Positions 29,536-37,936 of a stretch of 64,000 nucleotides of DNA are shown piece by piece. The translations under genes and the position numbers were made by a program. Positions within the stretch are counted from its first letter, which is position 1. Every line of letters starts with the position of its first letter. Under the pieces are notes generated by a model. The model worked only from the letters and a program-made list of their open reading frames with translations, was not told where the DNA came from and did not search any database. This stretch comes from Candidatus Poribacteria bacterium (lineage in GTDB: Bacteria; Poribacteria; WGA-4E; WGA-3G): positions 1,728,001-1,792,000 of the forward strand of contig CBDANF010000003.1 of assembly GCA_965197475.1 (NCBI GenBank), given 5' to 3'.

Positions 29536-30333
29536 TTAATAGGAATGTTTTTCCTTGTAAAGTTCATATAGATGTTCAACGCCCAAGCGTTGATAGAGCT
29601 CTAAAACCGCTTTATTATCAAGTTTTATCTGATTCTCTATAGGAATTGGATCTCCATAATACCCAAAACCGGTAGGATCAGGGACCTCCCCTTGTGATGA
29701 GTCAACAAGAGTTTGAATCTCGCTTCTAATACGTTGTATCTCCGCTAAGGTATCACCGGAATATAACTCGCCATTTTTGAGATCTGATAATTTATCTTTC
29801 AAGGCTGCACGTAATTGCTTGTATTGTTGCAACTGTACAGGCATCGGTGCGAAACCTGTTTTTAAATCATAATGAGACACGACAACTGTATTTCTATAAT
29901 GCCGAACGACGTTTCCGTGATTATCACGAAAGTGTTGATATGAACCGTCTGGCGATGGGTCTTCTCCCCATTTAGCTCTATATTCCGCGAGTTGCTGCTC
30001 CCGGAGTGCTTTGACCCTTGCCTTAATTTCTGCTTCAGAAAGTTCAGGCAGTGTTTGCAGAGTTGTAGCGGTATCCGCGGGTGCCGCATGCGGTTCTTCG
30101 TGCCAAACACCATCGTGCCAGTGTCCGTTAGGTGATACACCGGGCGGTGGTGGTTTGCCCGCTTCTTGTGCAGACACCTGTTGCTTTGGTCCGTCCTCCA
30201 AAAGTTTTTTGGTTGCCTCACCTAATACCAGTTTCGACTCAGTGTCGGTATCCTGCGGCATCAGTAAGAAAACACCAGCAATTCCAATCAGTAGCATGAG
30301 GATTGCAAGTCCCCATATCATCTGCTTTTTCAT
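29536..30333 (-). CDS. Cassette 5 protein A (type II)
   Basis: MKKQMIW anchor; GHWHDGVWHEEPH; KWGEDPSPDGSYQHFRDNHG shared with cassette 2. Confidence 0.85.
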   Translation of the reverse strand: MKKQMIWGLAILMLLIGIAGVFLLMPQDTDTESKLVLGEATKKLLEDGPKQQVSAQEAGKPPPPGVSPNGHWHDGVWHEEPHAAPADTATTLQTLPELSEAEIKARVKALREQQLAEYRAKWGEDPSPDGSYQHFRDNHGNVVRHYRNTVVVSHYDLKTGFAPMPVQLQQYKQLRAALKDKLSDLKNGELYSGDTLAEIQRIRSEIQTLVDSSQGEVPDPTGFGYYGDPIPIENQIKLDNKAVLELYQRLGVEHLYELYKEKHSY

Positions 30334-30361
30334 AAGGATTCTCCTTATCTTTCATTTGCCT

Positions 30362-30529
30362 TTATTTCGCTGCGTCCAGCGTGCAAGGCGTTTTGTTTTG
30401 TTCCATACAAGCGGGGATTCCTGCCTGCGTAGCATCAATCATTTTGATTGTGCCAAAGAACAGCCCTCCACCCATAAAAACAATCAGTGCCGTGGTCAGT
30501 CCTATCTTTCGCCACCGTTGCTTTTTCAC
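30362..30529 (-). CDS. Cassette 5 small two-Cys peptide (55 aa, variant b)
   Basis: GTG start after AGGATG; MKKQRWRKIGLTTALIVFMGGGLFFG...IPACMEQNKTPCTLDAAK. Confidence 0.75.
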   Translation of the reverse strand: MKKQRWRKIGLTTALIVFMGGGLFFGTIKMIDATQAGIPACMEQNKTPCTLDAAK

Positions 30530-30634
30530 AATTATATACATCCTTTCAAAATTAGTCAAAAAGACCGACCAAACGATGACAACTGTAAATCAAAACATCA
30601 GTATGAAATACCTTTCATAATTAAAGACACAGTT

Positions 30635-30823
30635 TTAGACCGAAAAGTGTGCATACGATATAAAAAAATGAATTTTGTCTAAAGATTTGGTAAAACTACC
30701 GCTTGCGCTCCTCACTTCGCGAAAGTTTTTCACACTATCCTGTATCCGTATCCAAAAGGCGAGAAATAGGATACTGATGAGCAATAGGAGCGGGAGGATT
30801 TGTTTGAAAAGCGGGGTTTTCAT
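30635..30823 (-). pseudogene. 5' fragment of STT3-like gene fused to linker
   Basis: MKTPLFKQILPLLLLISILFLAFWIRIQ followed by linker-derived DSVKNF. Confidence 0.75.
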
Positions 30824-30895
30824 AATAAACTATAAAGTGGGGAACCGGTTGCGACACCGGTTCCCCACTTATGCGTTAATACGCAAGTGTAAGGT

Positions 30896-32326
30896 TTAAC
30901 GATATAGATCCGAATGATAGTCGCGAAGAGTTGTCAAACGTTCTCCTGAACAGATACCACGTTGCATGAGAAGATTCTGACATTGCGTGAAAAGTTCACC
31001 ACAAGGTTCCGTTATCGCCGTGCCATCAGCACGCCTGCCTATGATTATACTACGGATGCACGTATAGGTCGCACACGCAGTGTTTCTAATGCAGATCGGG
31101 TTGATGCACGCTGTGGCGATTGTGGTACAGCCACCATTTGCCGGGGGTGTGGTGCAGCCACCATTTGCCGGGGGTGTGGTGCAGCCACCATTTGCCGGGG
31201 GCGTGTTACAGCCGCCGTTTGAAGGGGGCGTGCCGCCGCCGTTCTGACCACCTAACGCAAGATAGTTGCTGGTGCCTTGCCCCATACCAACGCCACCACC
31301 ATCGCCAGATTGTGAGCCGCTGCCATTGGGATAGTTGTGCAGGTGAATACACTTAAAATAGCCATTAGGATCCGCATCGCAATCGATGGTGGAGCCGTTG
31401 ATGGTAAGTGAAGCAGGGCAGGACCCCGATACCCATTCTTCATGTCCTTCTGGGGTGCACGGTTTAAAATCTATCCCACAGATTACACAAGGCCAAGATT
31501 TATGACGGGACGCATCTGGTTGACATGTCCCGTAAGAATCGCCACATCCTTTTGGTGTGCCGTTTACATTACAAGGTACATAGTGCTGCTCCGCTGTTTG
31601 AACTATCTCGGTGCACGCATTATGCTTACAAGAAATCACATTCGTATCACTATAAGTGACATTCCATTGAGCATTTATCTGCCTTGGAATGGGACTACGG
31701 GAGTCCATACGCCAACCTGAACCAAGTCGGAGTGCTGCACTCGGTGATTTACCGATCGTGATTTGGTATGTGCTTGAAATACCAACCAGCACTGCAGGCT
31801 TCGGGACCATGGTAGACGTTACATTCTTTACATGCGGTGTGCCTGTATAAATACGACTTGTGTCTACAGGTGCCGTTATGTCGCCAGGGTGATGTCCTGC
31901 TTCAATACGCCAGCAAGGAAAAACTATTGGTTGAGACCATTCTACTTCTTTATTTTCTTCCGTTTCATACCATGTTGTCAAACCAAGGGTCAATGCACTA
32001 TTGCCCCAGTCACCCACTTTTTTTGTGTGTGACGAACCTTCGCTAAATGTAAAAGCAATCTTACCTAACCCTGACGCGATGATGCTTGCCGTGTAAAAGG
32101 CACGATCGGGAGGTTTAGTCGGATTGTATGTTCCTCCGACAAGTGCTCCGTATTGATCTATTTTACGGGTTAAGTGATAATTGGTGCCACTTGCTGGCGA
32201 CACAGAGTAATCTGTTCCCCATGTTGTGAAGTATTCTGTCTCGTGAGGCATTGCATGAACATGAACTGCTGTAATAAAAAAGAGTGTAAAACTGAGTGTT
32301 ATCGCAACATAAAAATATCTTCTCAT
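30896..32326 (-). CDS. Cassette 4 protein B (type I head)
   Basis: GTDYSVSPASG head shared with cassette 6; 4x TPPxNGGC; conserved tail. Confidence 0.85.
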   Translation of the reverse strand: MRRYFYVAITLSFTLFFITAVHVHAMPHETEYFTTWGTDYSVSPASGTNYHLTRKIDQYGALVGGTYNPTKPPDRAFYTASIIASGLGKIAFTFSEGSSHTKKVGDWGNSALTLGLTTWYETEENKEVEWSQPIVFPCWRIEAGHHPGDITAPVDTSRIYTGTPHVKNVTSTMVPKPAVLVGISSTYQITIGKSPSAALRLGSGWRMDSRSPIPRQINAQWNVTYSDTNVISCKHNACTEIVQTAEQHYVPCNVNGTPKGCGDSYGTCQPDASRHKSWPCVICGIDFKPCTPEGHEEWVSGSCPASLTINGSTIDCDADPNGYFKCIHLHNYPNGSGSQSGDGGGVGMGQGTSNYLALGGQNGGGTPPSNGGCNTPPANGGCTTPPANGGCTTPPANGGCTTIATACINPICIRNTACATYTCIRSIIIGRRADGTAITEPCGELFTQCQNLLMQRGICSGERLTTLRDYHSDLYR

Positions 32327-32356
32327 TCTAAAATCCTCCTTGTTTTGGTATAGGTT

Positions 32357-33163
32357 CTATTCTACTACTTCAGGTATAATATCAGATTGGTAAAGTCTCT
32401 TTAGACGATGTTCTAAACCGAATTTACGGTAGACTTCTCTAATTGCTTCTTCTCGTTGTCTATGTGCTTCCTCCTCAGAAATAGGATCACCACTATAGAG
32501 AGTGCCCGTTATTACAGGAGCAGGACCCCGGGATTTTGCTATTAACACCTTGAGTTCCGCTAATATCCGATCATATTCTGCAGTGTCACCACTACGCCTG
32601 GCTTCAACAAGTTTTCTTTGTAAAATTTCGTGTTGTTCCCATTGTTCTGGTGTTGGTGCAAACCCATCATTGACAACTTTATAGAAGGTGGTGGTACTAT
32701 TATCGTAGTGTTTTATTACTTCTCCGTTGTCATTACGCATATGCTCCCAGTTGGCACCGATGAGTGGGGGATCAACCCCCCATTCCTTACGATATGCTTC
32801 TATTTCTTCTGGCGAGCGGGGTTGCCCAATCAATTCCGGCATCGGCACGAATTCGGGGAGGGTGTCATCCATCCTGTGTGTCGTGTCCGGTGTGCCTTTA
32901 TTATCAGGCGAATCGTTTTTATGCCAATGCCCCTCGTGCCAATATCCCATTTCTTTGGTTTCACCGGGCGGCGGCGGCCTATTAGCATCCGTCAGGGCCG
33001 GATCATTGTGTTGCTTTTGACGATCTTCCAAAAGTTTTTTGGTTGCCTCACCTAATACCATTTCCGACTCAGTGTCGGTGTCCTGCGGTATCAGTAAGAA
33101 CACACCAGCAATTCCAATCAGTAGCATGAGGATTGCAAGTCCCCATATCATCTGCTTTTTCAT
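32357..33163 (-). CDS. Cassette 4 protein A (type I)
   Basis: MKKQMIW anchor; WHEGHWH; EAYRKEWG.DPP.IGANW.HMRN shared with cassette 6. Confidence 0.85.
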   Translation of the reverse strand: MKKQMIWGLAILMLLIGIAGVFLLIPQDTDTESEMVLGEATKKLLEDRQKQHNDPALTDANRPPPPGETKEMGYWHEGHWHKNDSPDNKGTPDTTHRMDDTLPEFVPMPELIGQPRSPEEIEAYRKEWGVDPPLIGANWEHMRNDNGEVIKHYDNSTTTFYKVVNDGFAPTPEQWEQHEILQRKLVEARRSGDTAEYDRILAELKVLIAKSRGPAPVITGTLYSGDPISEEEAHRQREEAIREVYRKFGLEHRLKRLYQSDIIPEVVE

Positions 33164-33191
33164 AAGGATTCTCCTTATCTTTCATTTGCCT

Positions 33192-33311
33192 TTATTTCGC
33201 CGTGTCCAGCGAGCAAGGCATTTTGTTTTGTTCCATACAAGCGGGGTTTTCTGTCTGTGTAGCATCAATCATTTTGATTGTGCCAAAGAGCAGTCCGCCA
33301 CCCATAATAAC
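33192..33311 (-). pseudogene. 5'-truncated small peptide of cassette 4
   Basis: Only (VI)MGGGLLFG...NPACMEQNKMPCSLDTAK remains; homology stops at the TIR at 33312. Confidence 0.7.
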
Positions 33312-33324
33312 CAGGACTTACGCA
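33312..33324. mobile_element. Isolated MITE/IS terminal inverted repeat CAGGACTTACGCA
   Basis: Identical to the 13-bp TIR of the MITE at 41490-41611; lies exactly at the cassette breakpoint. Confidence 0.7.
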
Positions 33325-33437
33325 ATAATCTACAATTATGTTATACTGTTCTATTATGACTACATTTACACTTTCTAAAAAGAAGCACCACTTATTTTCT
33401 GATTATTGTCAATTTTTGTTAGCGAGTTTCACTAATT

Positions 33438-33767
33438 TTACACAAACCTATTTTGCAAACTATACGGAGAAACCGATCGATTGTCGTTTGCTATCCTGAC
33501 AGGGGCGAACTTGCATTCTGCAAAACCGAGACCTTTGACACCCGCCTCAAGAATAACATTAATCTCCCGATCATCTGTAGACCATTCTTCATTGCCTTCC
33601 TGATCTGTGTATTTGGTCATTACATTCTGATAACTTCTTGAATCGGAAGTAGACCCGATCGTAGGATCTGAGGTAAAACCTATTTCAGCGATTGCATGGT
33701 AAATAAAACAGGCAAAGATTCCAAGAACAAGGCACCCGATTAGCAAAAGGTTTCTATACGTTTTCAT
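33438..33767 (-). pseudogene. Cassette 3 protein B, 3'-truncated (type III head)
   Basis: Occupies the B position with RBS AAGGAG and a signal peptide, but has only 109 aa and no Cys-rich tail. Confidence 0.7.
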
Positions 33768-33802
33768 TAAAAACTCCTTGGGAATGTGTATTCTCTTTAT
33801 TG

Positions 33803-34663
33803 TTATCTATATTTTTCGGGGATGAGGTAATCAAACCCCGCTTTTCTATATTCTGCGTAAAGCACTTCTTTTTGTATCCGCATTGCGCGCTGGAGGAGCG
33901 CATCTGCGTGTGCATCTGTTGTTGTTGGGTGAGATAGAGAAACAACAAGATCAGGGATATTTCTATAGCATGCCTGACGGAACGCCTTGAGTTCAGCATT
34001 GATACGTTCCGCTTCAGCAGTCTGTCCCCATCCGTGCGCTTGGGTATACTCACGTTGCATTTCTTTATAACGTTCGTATTCTTCGCGTGTGGGTGCGAAT
34101 CCGATTTCGGTTACAACCCTAAAATAGGGTTCATAGTCTTTGTGTAAAATAGGATTACCGTTTTCATCCAGATCTAGCAACCCCTTTGTGTCTCGGAGAC
34201 GAATAGAGTATCCGGAGGGTGTATCTAGAAATCCGAAATTGTTCAGATCCTGAACCCGGACATTTATTCGTTCTTCTAGAGAAAGTTTCGTCCAGGCTTC
34301 AGGTAAAGTGCCGAAGGATTTCTGGAAAGGGATGTGACGGTCAGGATACGGTTCGTTTGATTGAGGTGCCGTCGGGAGCTCAACAGATGTCTTTCCCGGA
34401 ACGGTTCTGTGCCAACGGTCACCGTCCCAATGTCCTGTTTCGTGGGTTTCACCGGGTGGGGGTGGTCTGATACCAGGCTCAGGCGTGTTTGCTTCCTGCG
34501 GCGAGCCTTTTGGATTAGGTCCGTTCTCCAAAAGCTTTTTGGTTGCCTCACCTAATACCATTTCCGACTCAGTATCAGTATCCCGCGGTATCAGTAAGAA
34601 CACACCAGCAATTCCAATCAGTAGCATGAGGATTGCAAGTCCCCATATCATCTGCTTTTTCAT
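33803..34663 (-). CDS. Cassette 3 protein A (type III)
   Basis: MKKQMIW anchor; GHWDGDRWH; GFAPT; YRKAGFDYL. Confidence 0.85.
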   Translation of the reverse strand: MKKQMIWGLAILMLLIGIAGVFLLIPRDTDTESEMVLGEATKKLLENGPNPKGSPQEANTPEPGIRPPPPGETHETGHWDGDRWHRTVPGKTSVELPTAPQSNEPYPDRHIPFQKSFGTLPEAWTKLSLEERINVRVQDLNNFGFLDTPSGYSIRLRDTKGLLDLDENGNPILHKDYEPYFRVVTEIGFAPTREEYERYKEMQREYTQAHGWGQTAEAERINAELKAFRQACYRNIPDLVVSLSHPTTTDAHADALLQRAMRIQKEVLYAEYRKAGFDYLIPEKYR

Positions 34664-34691
34664 AAGGATTCTCCTTATCTTTCATTTGCCT

Positions 34692-34856
34692 TTATTTCAC
34701 TGCGTCCAGCGTGCAAGGCGTTTTGTTTTGTTCCATACAAGCGGGGATTTCTGCCTGCGTAGCATCAATCATCTTGATTGTGCCAAAGAGCAGTCCGCCA
34801 CCCATAATAACAATAAGTGCCACGGTCAGTCCTATTTTTAAAAATTTCGTTTTCAC
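34692..34856 (-). CDS. Cassette 3 small two-Cys peptide (54 aa, variant a)
   Basis: GTG after AGGAGGT; near-identical to 27693-27857. Confidence 0.75.
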   Translation of the reverse strand: MKTKFLKIGLTVALIVIMGGGLLFGTIKMIDATQAEIPACMEQNKTPCTLDAVK

Positions 34857-34962
34857 AAATTATACACCTCCTTTCAAAATTAGTCAAAAAGACCGACCAA
34901 ACGATGACAACTGTAAATCAAAACATCAGTATGAAATACCTTTCATAATTAAAGACACAGTT

Positions 34963-35145
34963 TTAGACCGAAAAGGGTGCATACGATATAAAAAAATGAA
35001 TTTTGTCTAAAGATTTGGTAAAACCACCGCTTGCGCTCCTCACTTCGCGAAAGTTTTTCACACTATCCTGTATCCAAAAGGCGAGAAAGAGAATGCTGCT
35101 GAACAGGAGGAGCGAGACGAGATGTTTGAAAAGTGGGGTTTTCAT
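34963..35145 (-). pseudogene. 5' fragment of STT3-like gene fused to linker
   Basis: MKTPLFKHLVSLLLFSSILFLAFWI is identical to the start of the full-length gene. Confidence 0.78.
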
Positions 35146-35216
35146 AAAAAACTATAAAGAGGGGAACCGGTACTATAACCGGTTCCCTCTTATGTGTTAA
35201 TACGCAGGTGTAAGGT

Positions 35217-36593
35217 TTAATAAAATTCATCCGAATGGTAGTCATAAGCAGTTGTCTTACGTTCTCCTGAACAGATACCACGTTGCATGAGATAATTCTG
35301 ACATTTCGTGAAGAGTTCACCACAAGGTTCCGTTATCACCGTGCCATCAGCACGCCTGCCTATGATTATACTACGGATGCACGTATAGGTCGCACACGCA
35401 GTGTCTAAAATGCAGATCGGATTGATACATGCTGTGGCGGTCGTGGTACAACCACCATTGGGTGGGGGTGTGTTGCATCCACCATTGGGTGGGGGCGTGT
35501 TACAGCCGCCGTTTGAAGGGGGCGTGTTACAGCCGCCGTTTGAAGGGGGCGTGCCGCCGCCGTTCTGACCACCTAACGCAAGATAGTTGCTGGTGCCTTG
35601 CCCCATGCCAACGCCGCCGCCATTGCCCTGTTGTCCACCACCATCGCCTTGTTGACCGTCGCCATTGCCGCTACCACTACCGCTACTTGGGAACTGGTGG
35701 ATATGCGACGGATCACACCTATAAAAACCTTTTACAGTACAATAAACATTTCCTCCATCCTGGGTGATGTTAACGGGGCAATTAACTTGCCATGCATGTG
35801 CATATGCTTCACTTGGATCAATAATGTGAATGCCGCACTCACCCCGGATTTTATCGTTAATCGTGACGGAGTAACTTCCATTGTAAGGATCCGCATCAAC
35901 GTCACGAGGTATACCTGCCTCCCATTTCCAATATGATGACTCTCCAATAATGAAGCCAATTCCCGCGCCTGAGCTCCCCGCTTGCGCAGTTATTGCGCTC
36001 TGTTCGCTTCCGTATGTCACAATTCTCCGAGATTGTGTCGTGGCTTTACCTGTAGCATATATAGAAACAGTCGTAGGACTAATCTGAGCGGCATCATAAG
36101 CAGGTAGGTTGGGATTAACAACGCCATTAGGTTTTTTTCTACGGAAGGTGTAAACTTCACGTTCCGCTTTTTGTATCGGTTCTGAAGTCCAATGACCGAT
36201 GGAAAAATCCTCTGTCTCTCCGTTGAGCGTAAAAGCAACTTCGCCGTACCCGGTAGCACTGATGGATATCTTTAGGTAGTGATAGTTTTCGGGCTTGTAA
36301 GGTGTCCACGATTCCGAAAGTATAAAAGATACCGGAAGGTTGGGATCGGTGATGGTTCGTTCTCCATGCATATTCAAACCATTCATAGGAGTTGTCTGAA
36401 TTACCGGTTTAGAAGCGTATAAACCACTCGATTCCATATCTGCACGATTTTCTTCCCACCATAGCCGTGCTTCCCATGATTCAATGAAGTCAGGCGGCAT
36501 ATAATAGAGCATGCGGGCTAACGCGGTTGTGCTAATGCAAAAAACTAAAAACACTAAACAGCAAAGAAGAATCATATACTGTTTGTTTTTCAT
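35217..36593 (-). CDS. Cassette 2 protein B (type II head)
   Basis: Likely start MKNKQY (RBS AGGAGA at 36601-36606); EENRADMESSGLY head; 4x TPPxNGGC; conserved tail. Confidence 0.85.
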   Translation of the reverse strand: MKNKQYMILLCCLVFLVFCISTTALARMLYYMPPDFIESWEARLWWEENRADMESSGLYASKPVIQTTPMNGLNMHGERTITDPNLPVSFILSESWTPYKPENYHYLKISISATGYGEVAFTLNGETEDFSIGHWTSEPIQKAEREVYTFRRKKPNGVVNPNLPAYDAAQISPTTVSIYATGKATTQSRRIVTYGSEQSAITAQAGSSGAGIGFIIGESSYWKWEAGIPRDVDADPYNGSYSVTINDKIRGECGIHIIDPSEAYAHAWQVNCPVNITQDGGNVYCTVKGFYRCDPSHIHQFPSSGSGSGNGDGQQGDGGGQQGNGGGVGMGQGTSNYLALGGQNGGGTPPSNGGCNTPPSNGGCNTPPPNGGCNTPPPNGGCTTTATACINPICILDTACATYTCIRSIIIGRRADGTVITEPCGELFTKCQNYLMQRGICSGERKTTAYDYHSDEFY

Positions 36594-36606
36594 GAGTCTA
36601 TCTCCT

Positions 36607-37374
36607 TTAGTAACTACGTTCCCCGTAGAGTTCGTAGAGGTGTTCAACGCCCATGTGCTGATAGAAAGATTGTAACGCTTCGTTATGAAGATTTCTCTCC
36701 TGCTCTCCAGAAATTGGGTCTCCATAATATCTAAAACCAACAGGATCTGGGATTTCACCTTGGGCAGCGTTAACAAGTGATCGAATCTCGTCGTCAAGAC
36801 GTTGCATCTCCGAGATGTTTTCTTTTGATGCAGCGTCTTTCATGGCGGCACGTAGTTGCTTGTAGCGTTTCAATTCTGCGGGTGTCGGTGCAAAATCTAC
36901 TTTTAGATCGTAGCGGGATACAGCAATCGTTCCTCTATAATGCCGATGGACATTTCCGTGATTATCACGAAAGTGTTGATATGAACCGTCTGGCGATGGG
37001 TCTTCTCCCCATTTATCTCGATATTCCGCGAGTTGCTGCTCCCGGAGTGCTTTGACCCTTGCCTTAATTTCTGCTTCAGAAAGTTTAGATAGTGTTTGCG
37101 GAGCTGTGGTGGTATCCGCGGGTGCCGCATGCGGTTCTTCGTGCCAAACGCCATCGTGCCAGTGTCCGTTAGGTGATGCACCGGGCGGTGGTGGTTTGCC
37201 CGCTTCTTGTGCAGACACCTGTTGCTTTGGTCCGTCCTCCAAAGGTTTTTTGGTTGCCTCACCTAATACCAGTTTCGACTCAGTGTCGGTATCCTGCGGC
37301 ATCAGTAAGAAAACACCAGCAATTCCAATCAGTAGCATGAGGATTGCAAGTCCCCATATCATCTGCTTTTTCAT
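36607..37374 (-). CDS. Cassette 2 protein A (type II)
   Basis: Near-identical to cassette 5 protein A over the N-terminal ~140 aa. Confidence 0.85.
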   Translation of the reverse strand: MKKQMIWGLAILMLLIGIAGVFLLMPQDTDTESKLVLGEATKKPLEDGPKQQVSAQEAGKPPPPGASPNGHWHDGVWHEEPHAAPADTTTAPQTLSKLSEAEIKARVKALREQQLAEYRDKWGEDPSPDGSYQHFRDNHGNVHRHYRGTIAVSRYDLKVDFAPTPAELKRYKQLRAAMKDAASKENISEMQRLDDEIRSLVNAAQGEIPDPVGFRYYGDPISGEQERNLHNEALQSFYQHMGVEHLYELYGERSY

Positions 37375-37402
37375 AAGGATTCTCCTTATCTTTCATTTGC
37401 CT

Positions 37403-37570
37403 TTATTTCGCTGCGTCCAGCGTGCAAGGCGTTTTGTTTTGTTCCATACAAGCGGGGATTCCTGCCTGCGTAGCATCAATCATTTTGATTGTGCCAAAGA
37501 ACAGCCCTCCACCCATAAAAACAATCAGTGCCGTGGTCAGTCCTATCTTTCGCCACCGTTGCTTTTTCAC
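37403..37570 (-). CDS. Cassette 2 small two-Cys peptide (55 aa, variant b)
   Basis: Same protein as 30362-30529. Confidence 0.75.
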   Translation of the reverse strand: MKKQRWRKIGLTTALIVFMGGGLFFGTIKMIDATQAGIPACMEQNKTPCTLDAAK

Positions 37571-37675
37571 AATTATATACATCCTTTCAAAATTAGTCAA
37601 AAAGACCGACCAAACGATGACAACTGTAAATCAAAACATCAGTATGAAATACCTTTCATAATTAAAGACACAGTT

Positions 37676-37864
37676 TTAGACCGAAAAGTGTGCATACGAT
37701 ATAAAAAAATGAATTTTGTCTAAAGATTTGGTAAAACTACCGCTTGCGCTCCTCACTTCGCGAAAGTTTTTCACACTATCCTGTATCCGTATCCAAAAGG
37801 CGAGAAATAGGATACTGATGAGCAATAGGAGCGGGAGGATTTGTTTGAAAAGCGGGGTTTTCAT
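37676..37864 (-). pseudogene. 5' fragment of STT3-like gene fused to linker
   Basis: Same translation as 30635-30823. Confidence 0.75.
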
Positions 37865-37936
37865 AATAAACTATAAAGAGGGGAACCGGTTGCGACACCG
37901 GTTCCCCACTTATGCGTTAATACGCAGGTGTAAGGT

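Noticed and set aside
30011-30682. Repeated plus-strand ORFs (223 aa here and at 37052-37723; 118 aa at 27486, 34485 and 40025)
   Set aside because: Antisense shadows of the repeated A gene, peptide and linker; they recur only because the DNA is repeated.
36594-36797. 68-aa N-terminal extension of B2 in the ORF track
   Set aside because: It overlaps A2 in another frame; the RBS and signal peptide point to a start at 36593.
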